The notes under the pieces are model-generated. The model ran no database searches. It was given only the letters and a program-made list of their open reading frames with translations, and was not told the origin of the DNA. Positions 47,001-59,200 of a stretch of 64,000 nt of DNA are shown here, in pieces. Source of the stretch: Strigamia acuminata (taxonomy: Eukaryota); assembly GCA_949358305.1 (NCBI GenBank), contig OX442314.1:20150001-20214000 (forward strand), given 5' to 3'. How positions within the stretch are numbered: the stretch's first letter is position 1; each line of letters opens with the position of its first letter. The translations under genes and the position numbers were made by a program.

Positions 47001-50000
47001 TTACTTTTTTATTTTTTCGTTCAAGCTGCTGGTATTTGGAGATGAGGATTTTGTGTTTGTCGATTCATCTTCAGCATCCATGGCTTCATCTTTGTCAGTT
47101 TTGAGTTCACTTACTCCCGACTCAAAATCATCAATATAAACATCGTCTTCGCTATCTTTTATTTTGACTAACTCTAAATCACTCATTTTGTTTTTGAAAA
47201 AATTTTTTTCTGACTTACGGCGACGTTTACTAATTGCAGATCCCCAACTTGAACGTGTACTACTTCTACCAGATGCCGGAATCTCTTTTGGAATCACCAT
47301 TTCCATTTCCAACCCGTCTTTACCAATTAACCAGTAAGTTGCTACATTTCCTACAAACTGTATTGTACATCAAATTAACTTAATTTTTTTTATCTGTTTT
47401 GTTTAAATTTCATTATACATCACCTTTATTTCAACGTCATTCCTGTACGCCAAATAATAAGCACCAGTACTGCTGAGAATCTTCGCAGTAATTTCCGAAA
47501 CTTGAATGGCATTTGCTGAATCAAATAATTTAAGCATTGAGTTTGTTGTATTTACTTATTTGTGACACAATTTACGTAGTCCAGAAGATTCCATGAATTG
47601 AGCAATGAGTACATCATGACCAAAAATGCAATATCTAGGCATTTTTATTCCTACAATTCCAGCAACACACGATCCTATTAAAAATAAGTATTTCCTCTTC
47701 AATAAGACAATCTAATAAATAACTTAGTAGGATTATTTAGAGTTGAACTTACCAGAATGCATACCAATTCGAATTTCCAGTTTTTTCTCGGGCATGTGTC
47801 GTATTGGAAAGTTGTTGACTGCTGATAGAATAAAGAGACCCATTGTGGCAATTTCTTGTGCATGATTGTGTGATGGTGTGGGCACTCCACTCGCCACACA
47901 ATCTGGAGCGTAAATGCGTAGGATTAGCTCAATTATTGCGTGGAAATGCAATGATACTTACATGCATCTCCAATTGTCTCTAATTTGTACGCATCAAACC
48001 GTTCTATAATGCTGTCAAAGCATGTGTATAAATCGTTCAACAACTCAACTACATCCATTGGTTGACTCGCTTTAGCGATTGTGGTAAATCCAACTATATC
48101 ACTATAAAAATAAATGCAAATGATGGGAAAATGTGAGAATTTAGTCACGATTTTATCTTGCTAGAATGGTTAACCTGTAAAAAATAGTAACATTATTATA
48201 TTTTACTGGTGGTACTTCAAGATTTAATGCCAATCTTTCCGCAATCGATGGAGGCAGTAAACGATCAAGCAGTTCTTCAGTTTTGTTTTTCTCGGTTTCC
48301 ACTTCTCGTACTTTATCAGCAAATAATTCTTTCAAATGATATGTGTATTTTTCTAGCTGTACGATACTGACTTCAGTTTATTGATTTATTGATTTCTGGT
48401 AGATTACTCACCATGTAGATTAAATTTTCAATTAATTCACCTTTTAATGGACGAATTTTATTAATTATTGCAATTACTAAACTAAAGGATGGTCGCAAAA
48501 ACGCGTCTTCTGCAGTCGTTATGATTATAAGCTATTGAAAAACATTAAATCTCAAATTCATTTAAATCCCGATACTGTTTCGTGATTATATTTAGTTATA
48601 TTTACATCTCGAATGCCTCCTCTTTCTTCGTACGAATCAGGCATTCGTGAATGAACTATTAGATCAGGACGAATTGGTTTAAATGTGTCATAATTATGTG
48701 CGTCAAGAAGCTGTAATGAGTATGGTGAGTACTGAGTAGTCTCGTATTACTATTTGTAACCAATCAATACCTTTTTAATGCCTCTATTTGCAGGATCATG
48801 AAAATTTCTCAGCAGTCTGATTAATTCTTCGATTGACAAAATTTCTAGTTCGTAAAAAAATGGCCGTTTATGAGTACACATTTCAGTTACAATTATTCCA
48901 AACGAATAAACGTCGCCAGATTTACTGCCGACACCAATATCAACAGGTGTTGCACAATCGCGAAGTATTTCTGGTGCAGTCCACAACATTGAGCTGCAGA
49001 CACAGTGGATAAATTATAATGGTACAATACATTTATTCTGAAATAGTTTTACATTTGCTCAGCCCTTATAACCTCTATGGAACTCGAGATATTTCTTATG
49101 GTTGGAACACCAAATCCTACAATTCATTTCAATGTATAGATTAAAAGTTATTTAAAAGTTTAAAGTTTAAAACTTCATAAGAATATATTACCAGTTACTT
49201 TACAAGCCCATCGGTTATCAATGAGGCAATTTGTAGATTTTAGATGTCCGTGAGAATGGATATTGGAATTGTGTAAATATTCCATTCCCCTCGCAATATC
49301 CGTCAGTATTGATAACTTGAAATTCCAAGAGAGCTTGTAAGAATCATTTTGAAAAATTTCAAACAAACTTCCCTGCAATGCAAATAAACTCTGACTTGTT
49401 AAAATGCAGAATGCTGCTCTGCGAAGCACATTTTATTCGATCATACGAATACGGTATTGCATTCCCAGCACAACTATTGTCTAGAAATGTATTTATAAAA
49501 AGGAAAGGTTTACTTTTGGAACGAGTTCCAGGAGAAGAGCAACATTCGGAGCTACCAGACATGCTCCAATAAACCTGACCAGGTTTGGATGTCTTATTTC
49601 ACGCAAATGCATTATTTCTTTTCGAATTGATAAATCATTTATATTCAAGGTTTGACAATGAAATTTCTGGAGAAAAGGTGAAAAAATACTATTTAAATAT
49701 TTAAGAACATTTTCCAAGTTTACCTGAGCATAGCAAATGTTCTCTTTCCAGTGAACTATGTTTTCAGCGCGTTCAGTATACATATTAGTTTTGTTTTCCA
49801 CTATTTTCTGTGTCGGTGTTAATGGAGTTATCAGTCCACTCAGAACTACATCTGTTTGACTAACATCTTTCCAATTAACTAACCAGTCCAGATTGCTATA
49901 TGCATATTCTACTGCTTTTCTGCAACAAACCAAAAGTAATAATAACCAAAAAGTTTAATACAGGTGTTTTAACCATTTGAAAATTTGTACTTTTTTTTCC

Positions 50001-53000
50001 TCCAGCGGAATAAAAACAATGACGCGAAAAAAATTATTGCAAAACCACACAAACAGCCTCCGAAGATTACTCCTAGCAAAGTACTGCAACTAGAGCCGTA
50101 GTATCCAACATAGCATTTGCAGTAATTTGGTTCTGTGCACGTACCGTATATACAGCCATCACTGTGATTTGAAAAAATGATTAAACACTGCCTTCACGAC
50201 AATAATTTCAAAGCTAAAAGCACAAAATTGACTAAACTGACGGGCATTCAGGAATGTTACAGGAGTAACCAGTCCAACCAGCAAAGCAAGAGCAATTGTA
50301 TGGGGCTACACATTTTCCGTTCAAACATTCACTGCATATTATGTTTTGACAGAATTCACCAGTATATCCAATTTTATGCATGTTTTCGTTAGTTGGTTTT
50401 GGTGATATTTCATCCACAGCGCGACACCTAAATATGAAAACATTTCATTGTGATAAATAATTATTACAATTTTTCTTACTCTTACTCACCTGCATTCATT
50501 CGGTGAAACACAAACGCCATGCTTGAACTCAGTTGCACTATCAGAATAAAGTCGTCCACCACTACAGGAATTATTGCAATAAAATGCAGCGGTTATGATT
50601 TCGGTTCTCAGACAAATGATGTGCAAGTTCTCAGTTTCATTGTCGGATATAAATTTTGCATTATGTGACACATATCCGCGTGTAGATAAATAACTAAACA
50701 TACAAATAAAGAATTTTTATTTTTATTATTATGTAGTATTATTTTTATTTGTTAACTTACAAACGGGCAACTAGCCTACTCTCATTTGGGATGTGGCGAG
50801 GCATGTATTTCATTCGATACATTTTTTTTTGAATTTCTGATGATTTAACTGGTATCTCAATGACTTGTCTTAGGGTGGCTAAATTTTGCTTATGAAAAAT
50901 CGTTAAATATTTGCTATTTCTTTTTTTACGACTAAAATAATTGACCATAAAAGACTCATGATAATCTGAAATTCTCATCCACCGTATTAAGTTATGAGTC
51001 TAATTTTTAAAAACAAAAATTAAATTATCGGATTGTAAAAGAATATTCAGCAAACATACGTACGTAATAATCACTGAACCCACTGTTTGACCTATTATGA
51101 GCTACTATGTTTATTCCACCATTGATCGAACCCATTCTAAATCCTCCCTCCGGAGAATATCTCACCATTCCAGTTAAACCTTCAAATTCCAACTGTTTCA
51201 AACGTTTTAAACAAATAAATAAATGATTCTTCGTTCTAAAGATACAGCTTACCCCACGAAAAGCCTCCACAGTAGATTGTTTCGTTATAGCTCTATCACC
51301 TCTCAGTTGTTTTTCAAAAGCATGTGCATACGATAAAACAGCATCATAACCTAAAGCAATTGCACCATTTGCCTAAAACTCAAAAAAGGGAGAATTGTAA
51401 TAAATTGGTGAATGTAATTTAACAACTTACAACAACAGACCGCGAAGTTGGCATGCCGTAATATTCTGCCGGATTCATTTCATAATATTTTCTATTTAAA
51501 TGGTACCATAATGGACTTGAATATCCGGACAAATTATGCATCGTGTTGGTTATGTACATTCCTTCAAATGCTTCTGTGCATGTAGGCTTCTAGACAAATA
51601 CCAGTAATATATTAATTGAAAATCCAGCACTTAGCTATTATAAATGTTAACCATAGCACAGTATGGATGTTTATCTTCCCAGTCAAACTGCTTGCCTGCT
51701 GTTTCTATGGCTGTCCATTGATAGCCATGCATTGGTGCAAATTCAAGTCTAAATTTGATAATTTTTGATTTTCAATCCTGTTTATTCTATGTTTTGTGTC
51801 AAACAAACCTAATAGCTTCTCTAAATAGAAAATATTGTTTTGGTGCATAAACCAAATGATGAATGTATCTTGCGCCAGTTTTTTTGGCTGCAGTTATTTC
51901 TGCCGTTAAGTTTGTTTGATTTCCTACTTTAAACTTTGAACAAAATCACAAAGTTAATAAAGAATCGTTCAATCAGCATACCGTACATAATAATTTAGAA
52001 ACTTACACTGTATGCTATGGTAAACTTAAAATTTGCATATATTCCAAGATAGTAATCATAATCTGCCAGCTTATCAGCATCTTGGATGACTATCTACATG
52101 CAGATAATAAGAAATGAATGAGTTAAAAAAAAGAAGTTAAACTTGAGTTACCAAATAGTTCCAGATTTTTTGAAAGAGATATCCTGCATATATAGTAAAA
52201 TGGAGAATATTCCAGCCAATGCTAATCAATGTATTATACGAGTCCTACAGTATAAAGTAAAATAAAAAAAAAATAGATCAATAAAATACGGAGTAGATAT
52301 ATTAAATTGATTATCCGGTACATATTTTGCTCATATTTATTTTTAATTTAATTTCTTCAAATGTAAATCAAACTGTCGAAAATTTTCATAAATTTTCATA
52401 AAACCTTGCGAATAAACTCTTTCCATTGTTCACGGTATATAATTAGAGGCATGTTAAAATAAGATATTAAAGCATTCATTCTGTGAGTTATGTCGTCAGA
52501 ACCAAATCCAATAATTCCGTTAAAAACTCCTTTTCCGTTCCTCTGAAAATAAAGTTAAACAGAAATTCTCGTAATTCATATTTACATGTTAACTTAACGT
52601 ATGTAGTAGACTCACCTGCCCTTCAGCTTGCAATTGATCCATAAACAAATCTACAGTTTTTATGTAACTTTGCTCAGTGTCAAAAATTTTTAAATTTATT
52701 GAAATATCTGCGATGATAAAACGATTACAATTGAGTAAACAGCCAGAATTCATGGATTTCTTGAGTGAATACATAATAAGTTACACACGCATGCAGGGCC
52801 GTAACCGCCGGGTGTTTAGGGTGTGCAAAATGCATAAGCGACCATAAGCCAGAAATGCTTTTAGCATTGAAATTAGAAATACCTCTTTTACTACGATGTC
52901 TCCAAACGGATTCAGTACTGTGCAGCAAATAGTCTTTTTCAACCATTAAATTGATAGGATATAAACAACGAGGTGATTATGGCAGGATATTTTGTAAAAG

Positions 53001-55660
53001 GCAATTTTCGAAAGCTAAAGATGGATTTCAGCTGATCCACAACAGCTTCGCCGCAATGCGCTGGGCGCTAAAAGCGCACCCACAGATGCTGCACTGCATC
53101 GCACCCCGCATTAAGCGCGCACACCGCTTTAAAATCAAATTACGCCCTAAATTCGTCATTACGTTTAAATTTTACTAACTGAATGTTATTAGGTTTCTGA
53201 TACTATCCGAGATATCTTTAGAAAATAACGGAGTTAATCCTGTTCGTATGTTCGATAACTTTTATGTTGTAAAATGCATTAATGACTTACTTAATTTTGC
53301 AAGATTTGTAAACGAGTTTTTAAATTCTGATCTTCTGTTATTGATATCCTCTATGGCAAAACTTGAAAAACTTGCCAACACCGGATCAGGATCATTTCTA
53401 TCTCCAGCTGAATTTAAGCGGCAATAAAGAGCTAAATCAATATCCCCTAAAATAAATAATTTACATTATTATTCTTTTTATACAGTAAAAATCTAAACTT
53501 TATAAATATATTCACCTGTAACAATATACGCGTGCGAAAATTCGGAAATCAATTGAGTTTTATTTCGATTTCCAATCGCATTAAATTGAAACCTAACAGT
53601 TGTATCGACCTCCTTCACGGCCCCTAAGAAACTCCCTGAACCACGATGCGTCTTTATAACGCTATCGGTTAATGAAATGTTTTCTGGATCGGTAGTCACT
53701 TGTATAATCTTTAAATTTGACCGTACTCACAATTAAAAAAAAAATACGAAATACTTAAATAATTTACTAATTCTGAGTCAAGTCCGGAATAAATCCGCCG
53801 GTTGGCATTATCCACCACTATAACCCACAGTCCAGGAATTTGGAAATGCGACGTTACATAAATGGCTTCGGTATCACCATCTTCAAAAATGGCTTCTCCA
53901 TCACCATCTCCAATAATCTCACGAAGAACGTGTAATTCAAAAGCAGTTTGTTCTGTGAACGTTTAAGCAGATACGAATTCGCTACTACATTTTTTCTAGT
54001 TCCTCCTACCTAAGATTTTGAGTGGAATTTGTTTAATCGAGTTTACTCCAATTTCAGCATCGCAGAGATCCGTAAAACTGTACAATTTGTATTCAGCCGC
54101 GTGTTTGATTCCGTGCAATTCTTTACAATCCTGACGCAAGTAATCGCAATAGTCAGATGAAGTAAAAGGTGTTGCTAACTCGTGCGTTACAACACATTTT
54201 TTATCAAAATCGTTGTAATGTCGTGGTTGTCTCTCTCCAGTTCGAGGTACTAATAAAGTAGCATTTAATAATATCGTGTCCTCTTCGTCCACGTCTCGAA
54301 TTCTTACGTTAGTGAACGTAACTAATCCTTGTTTGGCTCGTTTGTGAAGAACGTGATCGTAATTTCGTTTGGAAGTAATCACTTCTTCGCCGGCCAATTC
54401 AGTAGTAGTTGTGAAAACAAAATCTTGCACGAGCGCTTCTTGACTAAACGTTTTGGTTTGAAAACGTATGGCTACTTCTACGATCAGCGATGAATCCAAC
54501 CCACTTTCAATCCTCTTGTTATTCCCATCCACGATTTGCAAAGTTATGTTGAACGGGTGATTAGCAAACACTTCAAAATATTCGCCATTCGGTTCAAGCC
54601 ATTGCAATTCAGCAGTTCCTGTAACAAGTTTTTGTATTTATACGTTTATTTTTAATGTAGAACAAAATCACACTTGGGATTATCATAAATTACTTGTATA
54701 AATTTTAAAAGGGCGTGTGTAAGCAGTAATATTTCTTTCCGGAATTGAAAACTTGATCCTTCGGAGTATACAAGTGTGATTAGCAATATTTGAAATATTG
54801 TAAATGTTGTGGGAAAGACCCTGAGCAATGAGCCATTTCCCGTGAATAGGTATGGGTAGAGAAAATTCCAAATTTCTTGTAAGAGGTCCTTCTTTGGTAC
54901 AGATTTCTCTGTGAGCATACAATAAACAAATGTTACAATGCCTATACACACAAGCGAATCAATTTACTTTAAATTATTTCTGTAGAATTTTCTAGGATTA
55001 CTTAAGTCGTACTCATTTGCCGAATATTGGCAGAATTGGATGATTGCATTAGGTAGATCAGAAACACATTCAGTAGACAGCAAGCCTGATACATCATCTT
55101 TGAACGACGATAAAATCAAGTCGTTTACTCCAAATTATTTTTTTTACAAATATTACTTTACTTACAAAACGGCTCAGACGTAATTGTAAAACTGTGTAAA
55201 TTTTGTTTTACATAGTTTTTGCGTATTGGAGTTCTGTTAATGGCGCACAAATAAGCCACGATAGGCCTGCTTATTCTTTGGCTATTTGAAACGGAATAAA
55301 TTTCCTCACTTTCAGTTGTGTTTGTTAATTTGGGAGGAAAATAATTCTTGTACACGCCTTTACTTGGAAAACATATTTGAATCTCATTATCTGAAATCAA
55401 ATGCATATATAACTTAGAAAAATCAGTTAAAATCCGGTAAACCATACCCTCGTAGTTGGTGCTTTCATTTATCAGAAATAACTGTATATAGTAAATAATA
55501 TATTTATAGTTTTCAATCATTTGTAAAAATTCTAACTAAATTTCATTTCACCAGATGAGTGCTATATCATGAAACTCATTGATTGTTGTTGGTTTAGTAA
55601 GCTCCATCTGCAGACTGTTCGACCAATAACTCTTGCATTGTTTCTTAAACAATAAAACAT
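47001..55660 (-). CDS. Receptor-type guanylyl cyclase-like protein: long N-terminal extension, ANF-receptor-like domain, EGF-like repeats, TM helix, kinase-homology domain, cyclase domain (5' end unresolved)
   Basis: [68 protein letters not shown]-like [28 protein letters not shown] and FEGLTG ANF-receptor motifs. Confidence 0.85.
52794..53149. mobile_element. Possible hAT-type non-autonomous insertion in a cyclase-gene intron
   Basis: CAGGGCCGTAA ... TTACGCCCTA imperfect short TIRs and GC-rich GGGTGTGCA/GCACCC subterminal motifs; no 8-bp TSD found. Confidence 0.4.
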
Positions 55661-56249
55661 GCAATTTTTTTTATAAAAAAGGCTTGATTGTTATTTGTCA
55701 TTTTAAAAATATACAGTAAAATAGATTATGCGTATAATAAAAAAATAATACTGTCCATTTTTACATTTTTGACACATTTTGTAGTTCATTTTTCTGAAAA
55801 TTGGATTGTAAAATTAATTTGGCAATCATAACACTTCGTAGCAACAAATTGTATATATATTTCTTTACAAAAGTAATCTCTAACAATAATTATCAACAAT
55901 GGTTGCATCATCTTAACAAAATGGAATATAAAAAAGAAAATCTTTAAATGTATAAATTCAACTTTTATACAAAAAATAGTCAAATTTGATCCCTGTTGTT
56001 AATTCATTGAGAAAAATTTAAATTAGTTAAAAGTAATCATTTTTCACAAAAATATATACAAAAAAAAACAAAAAACAAAAAATACCACTTTGAACCTTCC
56101 ATCATTTGTCTATCAAAAAATTGATAATTTCCATTTTTCTTACTGTTTCATACAGTACATACGGGTAAAGTCATTTATCAAATGTCCACACAAGCTCACA
56201 CTGCAGCGTCTGCTTTGCACTTTAAAGTTAATTACCAATAGAGAGTCTA

Positions 56250-59200
56250 TCAGTTAAATCCATCATCATTCAAATTCATTTTGTGTCCATTGTTTTTTAT
56301 GGAATTTTCACGCATAAGTGGCACTCGCTTACTTCTAGACAATGAATTTGTGTTGTAATTTTTATTGAGGCAATCCTTGGGTGGCACATACACATTTGGC
56401 GGTGCAGAAGGATTAGAAAACAACCTATTTCCTAAAACCCTTCTATTTCTGTTCGATCGCACCATGTAGTAGTAACAGCCAACTCCAGAAACTAAGGTAC
56501 CCAAGAGGAAGCAAACAATACATCCGGCAACCAAATGTTCTGTCCTAATACCAGATGCTTGTCCAATGATACTTGCTGATATTAACAGTTCTGAATAAAA
56601 AATAAAATAAAAAAAACACAATTTAAGTATTTCAAGCATTCCATCGTTAATATGTACAATCGTGGACAAAAAAATTGTCGCCTTTTCCCATATAAGAATA
56701 TGACATGCAAGTAAGGTAGCACATTTGGTACCTTACTAAATACACAATTGTAAATAGAAATAAACAGTATTATACAATATTTAAATAAAGCATTAATTAA
56801 ACATTAATACTAAATTAAACATATAACTGAAATGAACAAAGACAATTCTTTTGTCCACGATTGCACTACGATTGTACTAATTTACCATTGTCCATATCTT
56901 CACACGGTCGTGTTTCTTTGGTAGCTTCTTGACACAAATTTGAGCCAATATTGGTGATTGGACAGTCCCGCTCTCTGTGTTGAAAGCCATCGCTTTCACA
57001 CGGGGACCAGGGCGACCACTTCTCGGCGTCATCCAAATCTAATAAAATAAAATAAAATGAAATAAAATAAATATGAACACTTTATCATTTTAAACAAAGT
57101 GTTAAGAAAACATGAAACATGGGCGCATTTGATTAGCTTTCGGCTTTCTAATGTAATTTAGACTTAACATTAGGTTATTTATGTTTTTGCACATGTATTT
57201 TGTATTTATATAGCAGCAGAGTTAATGAGATATCTTAAACTAGATTATTCATTTAGTGAGAATGCAAAAGCTGTAGCTAAGTTAAGCAAGTCAGTCTTCC
57301 CAAAGAATAACAACATCACTTACTGTTGCAAAAGTGCGTATTGCATGCTCTATTCATTCTTTTATCCCCAACACAATCCAACCCGTTTCCAGTAGGATGG
57401 GGGTTATTACAAGAACGGTCACGAAATTGAAATCCACCACCACATGGAGCAGAACATTTCGTCCAGGTCGACCACGAAGACCACTCTCCATCATTGCTGA
57501 GAAATTCTACGGGGGAGAGGTCAGTCTTAATTTACAATAATCAAACAATGTTATTGGTAAGTATTGGAAACAGGACTATGGTAGTGTAAGTAAAGTAATA
57601 TTTTGTTTCTCCGTCTGCTCTCACCTCCGCCGACACAATTCCGTCCATCTTCGAGGCAAAACCTTTCTTCCTTCTTCATGTGCCCGACTCGAATAAACTT
57701 GGAATCCGGCACATTCGCTTTACACGAAAATCGAAAGCGAAGTTCATAATATCCTTCGCGGCTTATATTGCCTTTAAGCCAGGGAGTCCACACCGTCGAT
57801 TTTCGAGCTTCGCTACAAGTCTGCAGATTGCAACTTCTGTATTCCGTGGGACATCCTAAACATTCCCGGCCGCCGTTCTGCGCCGCAGGATTGTTACACC
57901 GTCTTCTGCGCATGTGAAAACCGCCTCCGCAAGGTACGCTGCACTCATCCCAGGCACTCCAATCTGACCACCGTCCATTCACAGCACCAACGGTCGAGAC
58001 TGGTGATGGGCAAAATTGGAAAAACGGGAAAAATGGGCATGAAAATCTTGTGGATAATTTATGTCAAAGATCTCACCTGGGCAAGGAGGGTTTGATGTGC
58101 AATAGATTTCATCTCTATCGGATCCAACGCATGTTCTGCCTCCATGAGCGGGTTTTGGGTTACCGCACGCACGTCTTCGCATTTTTACAGCCAGGCCGCA
58201 CGTTTGGGAGCAAGCTGACCAGGCAGACCACTCTGTCCACTGGCCATTTCGGGTACAATTAGCTACTTGAAGGTTCGCGCCTTCGCATGCTTGTCCACCA
58301 TGAGCTGGAGTAGGAGAGCTACATTTGCGGGTTCGACAAGTACATCTTCCACCGGACGACGCATCGCCAATGTGCGAGCATTCAAACCACTCAGACCATT
58401 TTCCCCAACCTCCATCAACTGTGTATGAATGAGAAAAGGAATACCACGTTACACACTCAAAATGTACGCGATTAGTGATAGTATAGTAGGAGTTTTCTGA
58501 TTTTATTCTCTATTTTTATTTTTGCCTTCGTTGACTGAGTTTGCATTTGTAAAGAGTCAATCTTGACTGGCACAAATACATCAAGTATGAGTAGACAATT
58601 AAAGGCAAGGTTTTTCGTTTTGTTTTATGTGACATGGTTACAGGGTTAGTTGTGGAGGAAGTTTATTTGTGTTTGAATAACTTGCTCGCTTGTAATACAA
58701 GTGATTGTTTGCCTTTAAAGGGGGAACAAGTGAGTCCCTTTTGAGTAAGTCACTTCACTTCTTTGAGGTGAATATGTCGTAAATTACTTCATATCCGTGT
58801 GCCAAAAAACACTTTAATGGAAGAATTTGCTTTTAGTTTTGGTTTTATTTAAAATTAAATGCACCGATTGTGTGTTGAGCGCTATTATTTGTAAAATGGC
58901 GACATTTAAATGTTTCAAAATGCTAAATACAATGGAACATTGCTGATTTAATATTGCACATGTTTTTACCAGTAAATCATACTTCTGTTCTGACCAAACC
59001 ACGATTAATCAGCTCAATTTAAAAAAAAAATCTTAATTCATCAGCTGTTAATCAAAATTCTTAAATTTTATATCACTCCTCAATCTTATGCTTTTAATTC
59101 TATTATCCACTTACAAAAGCCTTGCAATTTAATCAACTCTGCACTACACTAGCTATAGAGTATAGAAAAACAATATGGATTCCTCAAGTTCAGTTTTGTG

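Noticed and set aside
52725..52946. Furin site RHRSKR in the cyclase ectodomain
   Set aside because: The ORF lies in an intron within a probable hAT-like insertion; the flanking exons splice around it
54998..55098. Signal-peptide-like frame [20 protein letters not shown] as the cyclase start
   Set aside because: It stops after 31 codons, and the alternative frame is the one phase-compatible with neighbouring exons
43180..56250. Operon / trans-spliced polycistron
   Set aside because: Poly(A) signals and promoter-like motifs occur in the gaps; compaction alone is not evidence
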